Below the pieces are notes generated by a model. That model was not told the DNA's origin. It searched no databases and saw nothing but the letters and a program-made list of their open reading frames with translations. A stretch of DNA of 64,000 bases from SAR86 cluster bacterium SAR86B (GTDB taxonomy: Bacteria > Pseudomonadota > Gammaproteobacteria > Magnimaribacterales > D2472), in the NCBI GenBank assembly GCA_905182885.1, contig CAJJCW010000001.1, positions 439,256-503,255 of the forward strand, written 5' to 3'. This document shows positions 18,501 to 29,917 of this stretch, in pieces. The translations under genes and the position numbers were made by a program. Each line of letters begins with the position of its first letter. Position 1 is the first letter of the stretch.

Positions 18501-19835
18501 TTAGTTTAGTAAGCTATTTATACTAATAATTTCGCTTGGACTTATAGTTCCGGATGCTAACAAAAGCCTAAGATTTGAAAGTATGTAATCGTACTTTGCA
18601 TTAGAAAGATTTTTTTCTGCACTATAAAGGTTCTTTTCAGCTTGAAGAAGATCAACTACATTTCTAGTTCCAACTTTATATCCAACTTGAGTTGCTTCCA
18701 ATGCGCTAGTTGCTGACTTAACAGCTTGTGTCTGAGCGGTAACATTCGCTACTAAAGTTAAGACATTTGAGTACTGAGATCTAACTTCTTGAATAACTTT
18801 TCTTTCTGCAAACAATGTATTTTCAGTTGCTTGATCATATTTTAAATATGCCTGCTTTCTTTTTGAGCTAACAGCGCCACCTTGAAATAACGGCATACTA
18901 AATTGGATTCCAAAATTTCTTCTGCCAGTTATTGCTGGAACAGGAATTCCTTGACCGTTAAAATTTAAACCTTCGTAATTAAATTGATTTGTCTCAGATT
19001 CAGACTCTGTTCCAACTATGTCAATTTTAGGTAAATGATTAGAAGCAGCACTTCTTGCACTATTTTTTGCTGCCTTTTTTCTTAAATAAGATGCTTTAAG
19101 TTGAAAATTATTTGTTAAAGCAAGTTCTACCCATTTCTCTTTGGAGACAGGAGATGGATTGGAGACTACAAGAGTATCTCCAAGTTCACTGAGGCTAAAA
19201 ATCTCCCTTCCAATAAGGGCATTAAGCGCTTCCCTTGAGGAGAATAGCTTTCCTTCAATATTTATTCTTGACGCCTTACTAAGATCGAAAGCGAGTTGAG
19301 CTTCTTGCACTCCAGTAATGGCAGATAAGCCAACTTCAAATCTTTGTTGTGCCTGATCTAACTGCTTTTTAATTGCTTTTTCTTCAGAAATAGCCGCATT
19401 TAAATTATCTACTGCTCTTAAGACTCCAAAGTATAAATCCGCAGTTCTAACTAAAAGATTTTGTTGCTCATAAGCAAAATCTGCTTCAGCCGCGTCAGTA
19501 AGGGATCGAGCCTGTCTAAATTGAAACCATGTATCAAGCCTGAATAATGGCTGTGTAATTCTAGCCGAGGATGAAAATGAGTTGTATTGCTGTTGAAGCT
19601 GCTTGTCTTGGTAATATTCATTCCAATTGGTAGAGCCACTAAGAGTCAAGCTAGGCAATAAAGCTGCTCTTCCTTGAACTACAATTTCTTTATCGGCTAA
19701 ATAAGAATATTCAGCTGCTCTATAAGTAGGATCATTCTGGAGAGCCTCATTATAAATATCTAATAAATTTTCAGATGAAACTGGTGTGATAAATAGAATA
19801 GAAAGTAGTATTTTTAAGTTAGTAGCTTTAGTCAT
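18501..19835 (-). CDS. tolC: TolC-family outer-membrane efflux channel
   Basis: 444 aa with a signal peptide and two tandem OEP repeats. It has typical TolC N-terminal sequence (LLDIYNEALQNDPTYRAAEY...). Confidence 0.85.
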   Translation of the reverse strand: MTKATNLKILLSILFITPVSSENLLDIYNEALQNDPTYRAAEYSYLADKEIVVQGRAALLPSLTLSGSTNWNEYYQDKQLQQQYNSFSSSARITQPLFRLDTWFQFRQARSLTDAAEADFAYEQQNLLVRTADLYFGVLRAVDNLNAAISEEKAIKKQLDQAQQRFEVGLSAITGVQEAQLAFDLSKASRINIEGKLFSSREALNALIGREIFSLSELGDTLVVSNPSPVSKEKWVELALTNNFQLKASYLRKKAAKNSARSAASNHLPKIDIVGTESESETNQFNYEGLNFNGQGIPVPAITGRRNFGIQFSMPLFQGGAVSSKRKQAYLKYDQATENTLFAERKVIQEVRSQYSNVLTLVANVTAQTQAVKSATSALEATQVGYKVGTRNVVDLLQAEKNLYSAEKNLSNAKYDYILSNLRLLLASGTISPSEIISINSLLN

Positions 19836-19861
19836 AATTATATTTTAACCTATTTGTTGCA

Positions 19862-19880
19862 ATGTTTGCAGTGTAAACAT
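19862..19880. promoter_or_regulatory. Candidate TetR-type operator upstream of tolC
   Basis: ATGTTTGCAGTGTAAACAT lies 27 nt upstream of the tolC ATG. It is the exact reverse complement of 53835-53853 in the TetR/RND intergenic region (20 nt identical including one flanking A). It is near-palindromic (ATGTTTnCAnTGnAAACAT). Confidence 0.6.
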
Positions 19881-20028
19881 TAAATTACTTCGATATATAA
19901 TGCGTTTGTATATTTTTTTATATATTTCTTAGAGTAGAATAAGGCTTAAAAGTTCAAAGGGTAATTATTAATGAAAAAAGCTATAGAGTCTATTTCTAAA
20001 AGCTTTAATATATTTAAGGCAGGATAGA

Positions 20029-21921
20029 TTGGCTAATAATTCATATGATTCTAATGCTATTGAGGTCTTATCTGGCTTAGATCCTGTCAAAAAAAGACCC
20101 GGGATGTATACCGATACGTCAAATCCCAATCATTTAATTCAAGAAGTTTTAGATAATTCAGTAGACGAGGCCTTGTCCGGGCATTGTACAAATATCAAAA
20201 TATCCCTTTTAAGAGATGGCTTTATTCAAGTATCAGATGACGGCAGGGGAATGCCGGTAGATGAACATCCTGAGCACAAAGTCTCTGGTGTAGAGCTCAT
20301 ACTTTGTAAACTTCATGCAGGTGCTAAATTTTCCGGTGATGACTATAGCTTTTCAGGAGGCCTTCATGGAGTAGGCGTCTCTGTTGTTAATGCCTTATCA
20401 GATGAGCTAGAGGTCAGAGTTAAAAGAGATTCAAAAGAACATCTGATTACTTTTAATAATGGAGACAAGGCTAGTGAGTTAGCTGAGGTTGGAGAGGTGG
20501 GCTTAAGAAATTCAGGAACCACGATCAAATTTAAACCCAACCCAAAATACTTTGAAACCAATGAAGTTCAGGTTAAGCAACTAAAACATCTATTAAAAGC
20601 TAAAGCAGTTTTGTGCCCAGGGCTAACGATTGATTTCCATGATGAGAAGAAGTCTGAAAAAGTTAAATGGTTTTTTGAGGATGGTTTAAAGAGTTATTTA
20701 GAAGAGTCTGCTGATGGCGTAGAGCTCGTTCTTGCAGATTCAATTGTTTGCTCTAAAAAAGCAGATATTCAAGAGCTAGAGTTCGTTATTAATTGGTCTC
20801 TTAGACTTCCTAAGGATAAATTAAATGAAACCTATGTTAATTTAATACCAACATTGCAAGGTGGCTCGCATCTCAACGGATTTAAATCGGGTCTCTTGGA
20901 TGCATTAAAAGAATTTTGTGAATATAGAAACCTGCTACCAAAGGGTTTAAAAATAAATGCCGAAGACGTTCTAAGTAACGCAATTTTTATTGTCTCTTCA
21001 AAATTACAAAATCCTCAATTTGCCGGTCAAACAAAAGAGAGGCTTGATTCAAAAGATCATATGTCTTTTGTCTCTAATTCAACTAAAGATATTTTAAGCA
21101 TATGGCTCAATACGCATACTGAAGAGGGCGAGAGAATTGCCGAACTAGCAATTATGTCCGCTCAGACGCGTGCAAAGGTTTCTAATATAGTCGAAAGAAA
21201 GAAAAGTTTTAGAGGGCCAGCACTTCCTGGAAAGTTATCTGATTGTAATAGCCAGGATCTTAATGAAACAGAGTTATTTTTAGTAGAGGGAGATTCGGCT
21301 GGAGGCTCAGCAAAGCAAGCTAGGGAGAGATCCTTTCAGGCAATCATGCCCCTAAGAGGAAAAATATTAAATACATGGGATTTAGAAAGTGCTGAGATAA
21401 TTAAATCTCAAGAAATAAAAAATCTTTCTACTGCAATTGGCGTTCTACCTGGAAATAATGACCTATCTTCATTAAGGTATGGAAAAATTTGTATTCTTGC
21501 TGATGCAGATTCAGATGGGTTGCATATAGCAACTTTGCTATGTGCTTTATTTTTAAGGCACTACAGGTCACTTGTTCAAGAGGGACGAATATATATTTCT
21601 ATGCCTCCTTTATATAGGATCGATTGCGGTAAGGATGTTTTGTACGCGCTTGATAATACTCAAAGAGATCAGATAGTTGAAGAGTTCAAAAATAAAAAAG
21701 GAAAACCTAAAATAAATATTCAGAGGTTTAAAGGTCTTGGAGAAATGAATCCGCCGCAGCTAAGGGAAACTGTTATGGATCCAGATACTAGGCAACTAGT
21801 TCAATTATCAATCAGCCCCACTGATAATGCCAACTCAATGATGGATTTATTACTATCTAAAAAGAATGCACCCGCAAGAAAGGAGTGGCTTGAGAGAAAG
21901 GGAGCGCTAGCAAAAATATAA
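20029..21921 (+). CDS. parE: DNA topoisomerase IV subunit B
   Basis: 630 aa with a TTG start. It is co-linear with E. coli ParE from memory ([44 protein letters not shown]). It lacks the GyrB insertion and is followed directly by parC. Confidence 0.9.
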   Translation: MANNSYDSNAIEVLSGLDPVKKRPGMYTDTSNPNHLIQEVLDNSVDEALSGHCTNIKISLLRDGFIQVSDDGRGMPVDEHPEHKVSGVELILCKLHAGAKFSGDDYSFSGGLHGVGVSVVNALSDELEVRVKRDSKEHLITFNNGDKASELAEVGEVGLRNSGTTIKFKPNPKYFETNEVQVKQLKHLLKAKAVLCPGLTIDFHDEKKSEKVKWFFEDGLKSYLEESADGVELVLADSIVCSKKADIQELEFVINWSLRLPKDKLNETYVNLIPTLQGGSHLNGFKSGLLDALKEFCEYRNLLPKGLKINAEDVLSNAIFIVSSKLQNPQFAGQTKERLDSKDHMSFVSNSTKDILSIWLNTHTEEGERIAELAIMSAQTRAKVSNIVERKKSFRGPALPGKLSDCNSQDLNETELFLVEGDSAGGSAKQARERSFQAIMPLRGKILNTWDLESAEIIKSQEIKNLSTAIGVLPGNNDLSSLRYGKICILADADSDGLHIATLLCALFLRHYRSLVQEGRIYISMPPLYRIDCGKDVLYALDNTQRDQIVEEFKNKKGKPKINIQRFKGLGEMNPPQLRETVMDPDTRQLVQLSISPTDNANSMMDLLLSKKNAPARKEWLERKGALAKI

Positions 21922-21923
21922 TT

Positions 21924-24188
21924 ATGAAAGATCAAGAGCAAATAACTTCTATAAGCCTTAAGCAGTATGCTGAAGAGTCATATCTCAATTATGCAATGTA
22001 CGTTATTTTGGATAGAGCCCTTCCTAATATTGGTGATGGCTTAAAGCCTGTTCAAAGAAGAATTTTATATGCAATGTCAGAGCTTGGACTCGATGCTGGA
22101 TCAAAGTACAAAAAATCAGCAAGAACTGTTGGAGATGTTATTGGTAAATTCCATCCCCACGGAGATGGTGCTGCATATGAAGCAATGGTTCTTATGGCAC
22201 AAAATTTTTCTTTCAAATATCCTTTTGTAGATGGTCAGGGAAATTGGGGCTCACAAGATGACCCAAAATCTTTTGCTGCCATGAGATATACAGAATCCAA
22301 ACTTACAAAATTTGCAGACCTTTTAATCTCAGAGTTAAAGTCTGGAACAGTTGATTGGCAGCCTAATTTTGATGGCTCTCTTTTAGAGCCAATTATTTTC
22401 CCAGCTAAACTACCTTCTATATTATTAAACGGTACGTCAGGTATTGCAGTTGGTATGGCAACAGATATCCCATCTCATAATATTAACGAAGTTATTGATT
22501 CGACCATTTATATACTTGAAAACCCTAAGGCTGAATTAGAAGATATTCTAAAAATTATCAAAGGACCTGATTTTTCAAATAATTCGCCGATTATAGCCAG
22601 CAAGGAAGACTTAAAAGAGATATATTCAACTGGAAAAGGCGGTTTTAAGATTCAAGCCCAGTGGGCGCAAGAAAAAAATCAAATCGTTATAAACGCTTTG
22701 CCTTATCAAGCCTCTGGCTCAAAAATAATCGAGCAAATTGCTGACCAGATGATGAAAAAGAAAATTCCAATGGTTGTGGATCTCGTTGACGAGGGTGACC
22801 ATAAAGAGCCTATAAGATTAGTTATTACTCTTAAATCTAATAGGGTGAATGCTGAGGATGTAATGAATCATCTTTTTGCGTCCACAGACCTTCAGAAAAG
22901 TTATAGAACTAATATGAACTTAATTTCATTAAAAGGTGGGCCTCGAGTCTTCCCGTTAGTTGATCTTTTAAAGGAGTGGCTAGTTTTCAGAAAAGATACA
23001 GTCACTAGGAAATTAGAACATAGGTTAGACCAGGTTAACGATAGGCTGCATATCTTAGAAGGACTTCTGATTGTTTATTTAGATTTAGATAAGGTTATCA
23101 AAATTATAAGAGAATCAGATGAGCCTAAAAAAGATATTATTAAGGCATTTGCGCTATCAGAGATTCAAGCTAATTCCATTCTTGAAATCAAATTAAGGCA
23201 ACTAGCTAAGCTAGAACAGGCAAGGTTAGAAAAGGAAAGAGATACTTTAGTAGCAGAGCAAGATGAGATAGAAAAAATTCTAAACTCAAAAACAATGTTA
23301 AAAACATTAATTAAGAAGGAATTAACGGAAATAAAAGAGAATTTTGGCGATGAAAGAAAATCTCCTATTATCGAAAACTCGGATGCAAAAGTCTTTTCAG
23401 AAGAAGAGACATTGGTTACAGAACCAATAACTATTGTTTTATCTGGAGCTGGATGGATTAGAAGTGCAAAAGGTCATGAGATTGATCCAGTATCTTTATC
23501 TTACAGAGGTGATGATATTCTTCAGGATTTTTCTAGAGGCAAAAGCAATCAGATGTGCGTCTTTTTAGACTCAAACGGCAAGGCTTATTCGCTGCCAAGT
23601 CATTCACTTCCATCAGCAAGAGGAATGGGCGATCCAATTACAGGAAGAGTTTCTGCAGATTCCGGAGTTAAATTTGTATCATCTTTGATTGGAAATGATG
23701 ATGATAAATATATGATTATGAATACGGCTGGGTACGGTTACATTTCTGAATTTAAGAATATGGTTTCCAATAAGAAGTCAGGAAGGGCATTCATGAAGAT
23801 TCCTAATAATGCAGATCTTCTTAAGGCTATAAGAGTTAGAGATGATCATGTCTATATAGCTGCTATATCAAATATTGGGAGACTGCTTATATTTAAGATA
23901 GATGAATTACCAATGCTGGCCAAGGGAAAGGGAAATAAAATTATTAATATTCCTACGGCAAAATTTGTAGCAAAAGAAGAGTTCATGGCCCATGCACAAT
24001 TAATCTCATTATCTAGTTCATTAAGGATAGATAGGGTTGGTAAAGGCTCTCTAACTCTTAAACTAAAAGATCTTGAGAACTATATTTCTTCAAGAGCTAA
24101 AAGAGGAAACATGCTTCCCCAGGGTTACAGAAAAGTTATTGGAATGGCTGAAGAGGTTGAAAGTACTTCTACTGAAGCTGAAGAATAG
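21924..24188 (+). CDS. parC: DNA topoisomerase IV subunit A
   Basis: 754 aa with the N-terminal [29 protein letters not shown] and the catalytic-Tyr region [10 protein letters not shown]. It is paired with parE. Confidence 0.9.
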   Translation: MKDQEQITSISLKQYAEESYLNYAMYVILDRALPNIGDGLKPVQRRILYAMSELGLDAGSKYKKSARTVGDVIGKFHPHGDGAAYEAMVLMAQNFSFKYPFVDGQGNWGSQDDPKSFAAMRYTESKLTKFADLLISELKSGTVDWQPNFDGSLLEPIIFPAKLPSILLNGTSGIAVGMATDIPSHNINEVIDSTIYILENPKAELEDILKIIKGPDFSNNSPIIASKEDLKEIYSTGKGGFKIQAQWAQEKNQIVINALPYQASGSKIIEQIADQMMKKKIPMVVDLVDEGDHKEPIRLVITLKSNRVNAEDVMNHLFASTDLQKSYRTNMNLISLKGGPRVFPLVDLLKEWLVFRKDTVTRKLEHRLDQVNDRLHILEGLLIVYLDLDKVIKIIRESDEPKKDIIKAFALSEIQANSILEIKLRQLAKLEQARLEKERDTLVAEQDEIEKILNSKTMLKTLIKKELTEIKENFGDERKSPIIENSDAKVFSEEETLVTEPITIVLSGAGWIRSAKGHEIDPVSLSYRGDDILQDFSRGKSNQMCVFLDSNGKAYSLPSHSLPSARGMGDPITGRVSADSGVKFVSSLIGNDDDKYMIMNTAGYGYISEFKNMVSNKKSGRAFMKIPNNADLLKAIRVRDDHVYIAAISNIGRLLIFKIDELPMLAKGKGNKIINIPTAKFVAKEEFMAHAQLISLSSSLRIDRVGKGSLTLKLKDLENYISSRAKRGNMLPQGYRKVIGMAEEVESTSTEAEE

Positions 24189-25356
24189 ATTTCTCAAAGA
24201 TCTCTAATCCATTATCTATTAATGAATCTTCAATTATCAAGCTAGGTGAAAACCTTATTGTAGTAGCATTTGCTTTGAGAACCATAAGGCCATTTTTATG
24301 TGATAGCTTGATCAGATCATCTACATCTATACTTGCCAGCTCAACACTAATCCATAAACCAGCAGAGCTTATTTCATTAAAGCATTGATAACTTAAATTA
24401 ATTTCATTCAATTTTTTTATCAGCCTTTTTTCTTTACTTAGCACTTTAGTAAGAAAAGCTTTTTTAGAAATAATATCAACCACTCTAGAGCCAATTGCAC
24501 AGGCGATAGGGCCTCCTCCAAAAGTAGTGCCGTGAGATCCTACAGTCATTGAATCAGAAATTTTGTTCGAAGTGAGAATCCCACCAATAGGAAATCCATT
24601 TGCCATACCTTTCGCAAAACATAAAATATCTGGAGTGATATTAAATTGCTCATAAGCAAAAAAAGTTCCTGTTCTACCAACCCCAGACTGAACCTCATCT
24701 ATTATTACCAAGGCGTTATATTTTTTGCTTAGTTGCTTAACTTTAGCAATAAATTTTTTGTTAGCTTTAGTAATTCCTGACTGCCATTGAACTAATTCGA
24801 GAATAACCGCTGCTGTTTTTTCTGAGAAAGCATCCTCTAGTTTATCAATATCATTATATGTATGATTTGTAATTCCTTTGGGGAGCGGAGCAAAGCCATC
24901 AGTTAGGTGCTTTGCTTTTGCAAGAGCTATTCCTAATAATGTCCTTCCATGAAAAGAGCTAGTAAAGGAAAGGATTTCATTTTTGTTCTTATTTACATTC
25001 GTCGCACAATATTTTCTGGCAATCTTGATAGAGGCCTCAATAGATTCAGCACCTGAGTTGCAAAAGAATACCTTGTCAGCAAAAGTTTTTTTACAGAGTT
25101 TTTTTGCAAGCTCAATAGATGGACTATTCATATATAGATTAGATAGATGCCATAAATTTTTAGATTGCTGATTCATTATTTTTATAAGCTCATTATGAGA
25201 ATGGCCTAAATTCGTAACTGCAATCCCGCCAGTAAAATCTATATATTTTTTATTATTAGCATCCCAAACCAAAGACCCTTTAGCTTTTTTAACAATAAAA
25301 TCTTCAGGAGCATAGAAAGGCACCATATAATTAGTGTAGTCATTAGCATTTACCAT
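24169..25356 (-). CDS. argD: Acetylornithine/succinylornithine aminotransferase (class III PLP aminotransferase)
   Basis: 395 aa, co-linear with ArgD ([48 protein letters not shown]). Its 3' end overlaps the parC 3' end by 20 nt. Confidence 0.8.
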   Translation of the reverse strand: MVNANDYTNYMVPFYAPEDFIVKKAKGSLVWDANNKKYIDFTGGIAVTNLGHSHNELIKIMNQQSKNLWHLSNLYMNSPSIELAKKLCKKTFADKVFFCNSGAESIEASIKIARKYCATNVNKNKNEILSFTSSFHGRTLLGIALAKAKHLTDGFAPLPKGITNHTYNDIDKLEDAFSEKTAAVILELVQWQSGITKANKKFIAKVKQLSKKYNALVIIDEVQSGVGRTGTFFAYEQFNITPDILCFAKGMANGFPIGGILTSNKISDSMTVGSHGTTFGGGPIACAIGSRVVDIISKKAFLTKVLSKEKRLIKKLNEINLSYQCFNEISSAGLWISVELASIDVDDLIKLSHKNGLMVLKANATTIRFSPSLIIEDSLIDNGLEIFEKSILQLQ

Positions 25357-25371
25357 AATAATTATTATATC

Positions 25372-25872
25372 GTGATTTCAATTCAAAAAATTAATGAAGA
25401 AGAGTTCATAGTTTCCGTTAAACCGAATAGCTCATTGGTTGGTAAAAATAGAATATTATTTTTATTTAGTATTTCTTTTGTATGTATTGGAATTGCTTCA
25501 ATATTTTTCTTTTTTGGAGCATTATTAATTCTTCCTTTTGCTGGATTGGAAATAGGAGTTTTATTTCTCGCATTTTACTTAAACTTCAAATGGAGTGCTA
25601 AAAGAGAAAAGATTTATATATCTCAAGAATTAGTTACAGTTCAGAAGGGTCGGGACAAGATAGATTATGAATGGAAAGAGTTCAGGACTTTCACATCTTT
25701 TTTAGTAAATAAAGATATAAATCAAATATTACAATTAAGCTTTAGATCAAAGGGGCAGGATATCCAAGTGGGAGCATTTCTTAATGAAGAAGATAAGCAT
25801 CTACTCAAGGACGAGATATCAGAAATAATAGAAGACCTTAATTTATTAAAGAAATCAGCGCCATTTGGCTAA
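25372..25872 (+). CDS. Hypothetical membrane protein (DUF2244-like)
   Basis: 166 aa with a GTG start. It has two adjacent TM helices followed by a soluble domain, a layout resembling DUF2244 as I recall it. Confidence 0.5.
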   Translation: MISIQKINEEEFIVSVKPNSSLVGKNRILFLFSISFVCIGIASIFFFFGALLILPFAGLEIGVLFLAFYLNFKWSAKREKIYISQELVTVQKGRDKIDYEWKEFRTFTSFLVNKDINQILQLSFRSKGQDIQVGAFLNEEDKHLLKDEISEIIEDLNLLKKSAPFG

Positions 25873-27108
25873 TTTTTTCTTCACTTCTATTAGTTTTAAT
25901 TTTTCTATTTTAGGTATGCCGTTTTTAAATGGAGGAAATGCTTCCCCCTCTATCAATGGGGCCAGATAGTTAATTGCCTTTGCAGTTACGTCCATTCCAT
26001 TCTTAGTAATAAATGACTTGGGTAATTTTTTTTCAACATTAGCAATTTTTGAAAGAGGCGCAGGCTCAATTTTCCATGTATATTTCTTACCTTTCCCTCT
26101 AACAATTATTGGCATTACTCCGTTCATTCCTTTGACTGCATATTTGATTGCATGAACGCCTACAGCTTCTGCTTGAAGAAGATCTGTTTTAGATGAAATA
26201 TGCCTAGCACTTCTCTGTAAATAATCTGAAACAGCCCAATGAATTTTCAATTTTAGTTTTTCTGATATCAAGCCAGCTAGATATGGAGCAACGCCTCCAA
26301 GTTGAGCATGACCAAATGCATCTTTTGTATCAGATTCAGCTAAAAACTTACCTTTACTATTTTTAATTCCTTCAGAAGCAACGACAACACAAAAACCATT
26401 TTCTTTTACACATTGCTTAACAGATGACAGGAAAACTTTCTGATTAAAATCTACCTCAGGCATAAGAATTATATGAGGAGGATCTTCTTTTTCTATTCTT
26501 GCCAAGGCTGATGAGGCTGCCATCCAGCCCGCATGCCTTCCCATGACTTCTAAAATAAATACCTTTGTAGAACTTTCACACATAGATTTAGTATCCAAAG
26601 AAGCCTCTAGTGTAGACGTCGCTATGTATTTTGCAGCAGAACCAAATCCAGGACAGCTATCAGTTAGAGCTAGGTCGTTATCTACTGTTTTTGGAATGGC
26701 AATACACTTTATAGGGTAATTTAACTGTTCACTTATTTGGGAGACTTTGTATGCAGTATCTGCAGAGTCATTTCCGCCATTATAAAAAAAATAGCCAATA
26801 TTATGTGCCTTAAAGACTTCTATTAATCGTTCGTATTCTTTTCTATCCGTATCTAAACCTTTTAATTTAAATCTACATGAGCCAAAAGCTCCACCAGGTC
26901 TATTTTTAAGAGATTCTATTGCAGATCTTGATTCCTTTGATGTATCAATAAGCTCTTCTCTAAGAGCTCCCAAGATTCCATTTTTACCTGCATAAACTTT
27001 GCCAATAAGCTCTTTATGCTTCTTAGCCTCCAAAATAAGAGCTCCCGCTGACGCATTAATTACTGATGTAACGCCACCTGATTGGGCATAAAATGCATTT
27101 TTTTTCAT
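25855..27108 (-). CDS. 6-phosphofructokinase family protein (~420-aa clade that includes PPi-dependent enzymes)
   Basis: 417 aa with SGGVTSVINAS, GGNDS and PKTVDNDL motifs of the PfkA family. The phosphoryl donor cannot be decided by eye. Confidence 0.8.
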   Translation of the reverse strand: MKKNAFYAQSGGVTSVINASAGALILEAKKHKELIGKVYAGKNGILGALREELIDTSKESRSAIESLKNRPGGAFGSCRFKLKGLDTDRKEYERLIEVFKAHNIGYFFYNGGNDSADTAYKVSQISEQLNYPIKCIAIPKTVDNDLALTDSCPGFGSAAKYIATSTLEASLDTKSMCESSTKVFILEVMGRHAGWMAASSALARIEKEDPPHIILMPEVDFNQKVFLSSVKQCVKENGFCVVVASEGIKNSKGKFLAESDTKDAFGHAQLGGVAPYLAGLISEKLKLKIHWAVSDYLQRSARHISSKTDLLQAEAVGVHAIKYAVKGMNGVMPIIVRGKGKKYTWKIEPAPLSKIANVEKKLPKSFITKNGMDVTAKAINYLAPLIEGEAFPPFKNGIPKIEKLKLIEVKKKLAKWR

Positions 27109-27161
27109 TTTTCCTCTCTATAAAGTTTTGAAATAAAAATAGGTAACGTATTATAACTAAT

Positions 27162-28469
27162 ATGAGAATACATATCCTAGGCATTTGTGGAACATTCATG
27201 GGCGGGCTCGCTCAAATACTAAAAGAGTCAGGCCATTCTATTTCTGGATCAGACAATCAATTCTATCCCCCAATGTCCGGTCATCTAGAAAATCTTGATG
27301 TTGAGATGATAAAAGGCTATTCAAGCAAGTCTATGCCAGACGCAGATTTATATATTATTGGCAATGCCCTATCTAGAGGAAATGAGTGTGTTGAATATAT
27401 ATTAGACAATCAACTCCCTTTTAGATCAGGCCCTGAGATGCTTGGAGAAATTCTTAAAAATAGAAAAGTTCTAGCAATTTCAGGAACTCATGGCAAAACA
27501 ACTACCTCATACATGCTTGCTCATATTTTTTTAAATCAAGGAAGAGATATTGGGTTTCTTGTTGGAGGAGTTTCTGACGACATCAAAGGGTCTGCATCAT
27601 TAGGTACGGACAATATTTTTGTTATTGAAGCTGACGAATATGACTCAGCCTTTTTTGATAAAAGATCAAAATTTATACATTACTCACCGTCTACATTAGT
27701 AATTAATAATATAGAGTTTGATCATGCAGATATATTCGATCATCTGGATGATATTAAAAGACAGTTCCATCACTTAATTAAAATTATTCCCTCATCTGGA
27801 GAGGTAATTTACTTTAGTGATGATAAGAATTCCGAAGATGTAATATCTAAAGGTCTTTGGTGCAAATCTACGGTAATTAACGACAACGAGATTAAAATAA
27901 GCTTCGAAGAGCAAGAGCTTGAATATAAAGGTATCGCTTATTCGCTAGCAGGTTTACCATTAATTGGCCTGCATAATTTTAAGAATTATATTGCGGCGAT
28001 TCTTGCAGCAAAGACAGATGATATTGCTATTAATGATTCTATAGAATCTCTCAAAAGCTTTAATGGAGTCAAAAGAAGATTGGAATATAAAGGTAAATTT
28101 TCTAACATTCATTTATATGATGATTTTGCTCATCACCCAACAGCAATAATGTTTTCATCTCAGGCAATAAGGATGAAATACCCAGAAAAAAAAATACTTG
28201 GTCTTATTGAGCTAGGGTCAAACACAATGTCAGGAGGCTCTCATGGCTTAGAGCTTCTTGATACCGTGGCTTGTTTGGATAATGCGGTATGGCTAGATCA
28301 TAAAAATGTTCTAAGTGATGGAAATAATATAACCTCCTCAGATAATATTGAAGATTTCATTAATCAGACAAAATTGATCTTATCCGAATATGATATTATT
28401 CTTTTAATGACCAACAAAGATAGTCACAAAATCCTTAAACCATTAATTAGTTACCTTGAAAAAAAATAA
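27162..28469 (+). CDS. mpl: UDP-N-acetylmuramate:L-alanyl-gamma-D-glutamyl-meso-diaminopimelate ligase
   Basis: 435 aa. The N-terminal MRIHILGICGTFMGGLA and the P-loop GTHGKTTT are present, in a Mur-ligase layout typical of Mpl. Confidence 0.85.
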   Translation: MRIHILGICGTFMGGLAQILKESGHSISGSDNQFYPPMSGHLENLDVEMIKGYSSKSMPDADLYIIGNALSRGNECVEYILDNQLPFRSGPEMLGEILKNRKVLAISGTHGKTTTSYMLAHIFLNQGRDIGFLVGGVSDDIKGSASLGTDNIFVIEADEYDSAFFDKRSKFIHYSPSTLVINNIEFDHADIFDHLDDIKRQFHHLIKIIPSSGEVIYFSDDKNSEDVISKGLWCKSTVINDNEIKISFEEQELEYKGIAYSLAGLPLIGLHNFKNYIAAILAAKTDDIAINDSIESLKSFNGVKRRLEYKGKFSNIHLYDDFAHHPTAIMFSSQAIRMKYPEKKILGLIELGSNTMSGGSHGLELLDTVACLDNAVWLDHKNVLSDGNNITSSDNIEDFINQTKLILSEYDIILLMTNKDSHKILKPLISYLEKK

Positions 28470-29046
28470 TATTCCTGTCTTTCCTCTTGGCCTCGTTGCT
28501 CTTCCAGGAAGCATTCAATCCTTGCAGATATTCGAACCAAGATATGTAGATATGATTAAAACATGTATGTCGGAGCAGCATGGTTTTGTCATTGTTTTAC
28601 AGACTAAGTCAGAAACAAGTTCTGACTTCGGTATGCATAAAAAAGGGAGCTATGTTCAAATAATTGATTTCAATAACCTTCCAAATGGTCTTCTAGGGAT
28701 AACAGTTAAATCAGAGAACAAGGTATCAATTAGCAATATTCATCAACTAGAGGACGGACTGCATGTAGCAGATGCCAAATCTGAATTTGATCCTGAAGTT
28801 GACGACCAAGCGGTTTTGGCTGAATATCCAGATATTTTAAATATACTATCCCAGTTAATGAAACACCCTAGGGTTAGTGACTTGCCTATAAATGTAGACT
28901 TTAACTCTGCGGATTCCGTTGCATATCACCTTGCAGGATTGATACCGCTTACTTCTTCTGAAAAACAAAATCTATTGGAAGCTTTTGACGCCCCTCATAG
29001 GATGACAATTCTCTCTAAATACATAGAAAAATTATCAGCTAATTAA
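28456..29046 (+). CDS. LON N-terminal (substrate-binding, PUA-like) domain protein
   Basis: 196 aa. IPVFPLGLVALPGSIQSLQIFEPRYVDMI matches the Lon N-domain signature. There are no AAA+ or protease domains. Confidence 0.75.
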   Translation: MKKNNIPVFPLGLVALPGSIQSLQIFEPRYVDMIKTCMSEQHGFVIVLQTKSETSSDFGMHKKGSYVQIIDFNNLPNGLLGITVKSENKVSISNIHQLEDGLHVADAKSEFDPEVDDQAVLAEYPDILNILSQLMKHPRVSDLPINVDFNSADSVAYHLAGLIPLTSSEKQNLLEAFDAPHRMTILSKYIEKLSAN

Positions 29047-29477
29047 TTACTGTTAATTAATAAGGGTGGTTTGTCTGATTTACTTCTCAGCCAATTTATT
29101 GATTTAAGTATCGCGGGAGTTGAGATAAATCTTTTCTCAAGAGCATATTTCCCTGGGTAATTACTCAACATTAGACCAATTATTATGGTGAATAGGCCTT
29201 GTCCTGGAAGAATTAACATCATGATTCCTCCTATAATAAGCGAGTAACCAATCAAATTTTTAAAGATTACTATCAAGAGCCATAAATATGGATTAGATGA
29301 CTTTATCTTAGAATCTTTCTTTATTAAAAAATAGTCACTTGGAATTAGTGCTATTAGCCACTTTATTCCAATTAGACTAAATAGGAAAATAAACAAAGAT
29401 AGAGAGCCAAGCCAGATAATAATATTTTTATATCCAAGTATAAAATCTAGAAAAGAATTTAAATTGGTTATTTCCAT
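29043..29477 (-). CDS. Hypothetical integral membrane protein
   Basis: 144 aa with 3-4 hydrophobic helices. A LPGQGLF segment faintly resembles the PGPGW family. The assignment is weak. Confidence 0.5.
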   Translation of the reverse strand: MEITNLNSFLDFILGYKNIIIWLGSLSLFIFLFSLIGIKWLIALIPSDYFLIKKDSKIKSSNPYLWLLIVIFKNLIGYSLIIGGIMMLILPGQGLFTIIIGLMLSNYPGKYALEKRFISTPAILKSINWLRSKSDKPPLLINSN

Positions 29478-29572
29478 AATTACTTACCCTTTTTCTAAAT
29501 AATGATTTAGTATAGCAAAGACTAAAAAGCTAATTTTTTTAGTTGTTAAAAATCTATATTATATAAATAATT

Positions 29573-29917
29573 TTGCCTAAGAAAACCATTAAAGACATAT
29601 GCGAAATCGCCCTTGGTGACAACAAGGCTGTGAATATTTTATCTCTTGATATTAAAGGTATTTCATCTTTTGCCGATGTAATTATTATTGCAACTGCCTC
29701 TTCAAATAGGCATGCAAAATCTCTTTCAGAAAAGGTAGTTGAGGCAGTTAAAAAAAATAAAATGACCGTACTTGGTGTTGAAGGAAAAGCAGAATCTGGT
29801 TGGATATTAGTAGACTGTGGCGAAGTGGTTATAAACGTAATGAAGGGTGATATAAGAGAGTTTTATGATCTAGAAGGTCTATGGGGAGAGAACACACTCT
29901 TAAACGCTCCTGGTTAG
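29573..29917 (+). CDS. rsfS: Ribosome silencing factor RsfS (YbeB)
   Basis: 114 aa with a TTG start. It has the conserved rsfS-rlmH-mrdA-rodA synteny and an IIATASSNRHAKS motif. Confidence 0.85.
   Translation: MPKKTIKDICEIALGDNKAVNILSLDIKGISSFADVIIIATASSNRHAKSLSEKVVEAVKKNKMTVLGVEGKAESGWILVDCGEVVINVMKGDIREFYDLEGLWGENTLLNAPG

Noticed and set aside
19971-20024. A 17-codon mini-ORF (MKKAIESISKSFNIFKAG*) just before the parE TTG start
   Set aside because: It has no SD and no known parE leader-peptide mechanism, and its length is easily produced by chance in AT-rich DNA.
29478-29572. The inverted repeat CTAAAAA-gctaa-TTTTTAG between the membrane protein and rsfS, as a possible terminator or operator
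   Set aside because: The stem is 7 bp of nearly pure A/T with negligible stability, and such repeats are expected by chance in this composition.
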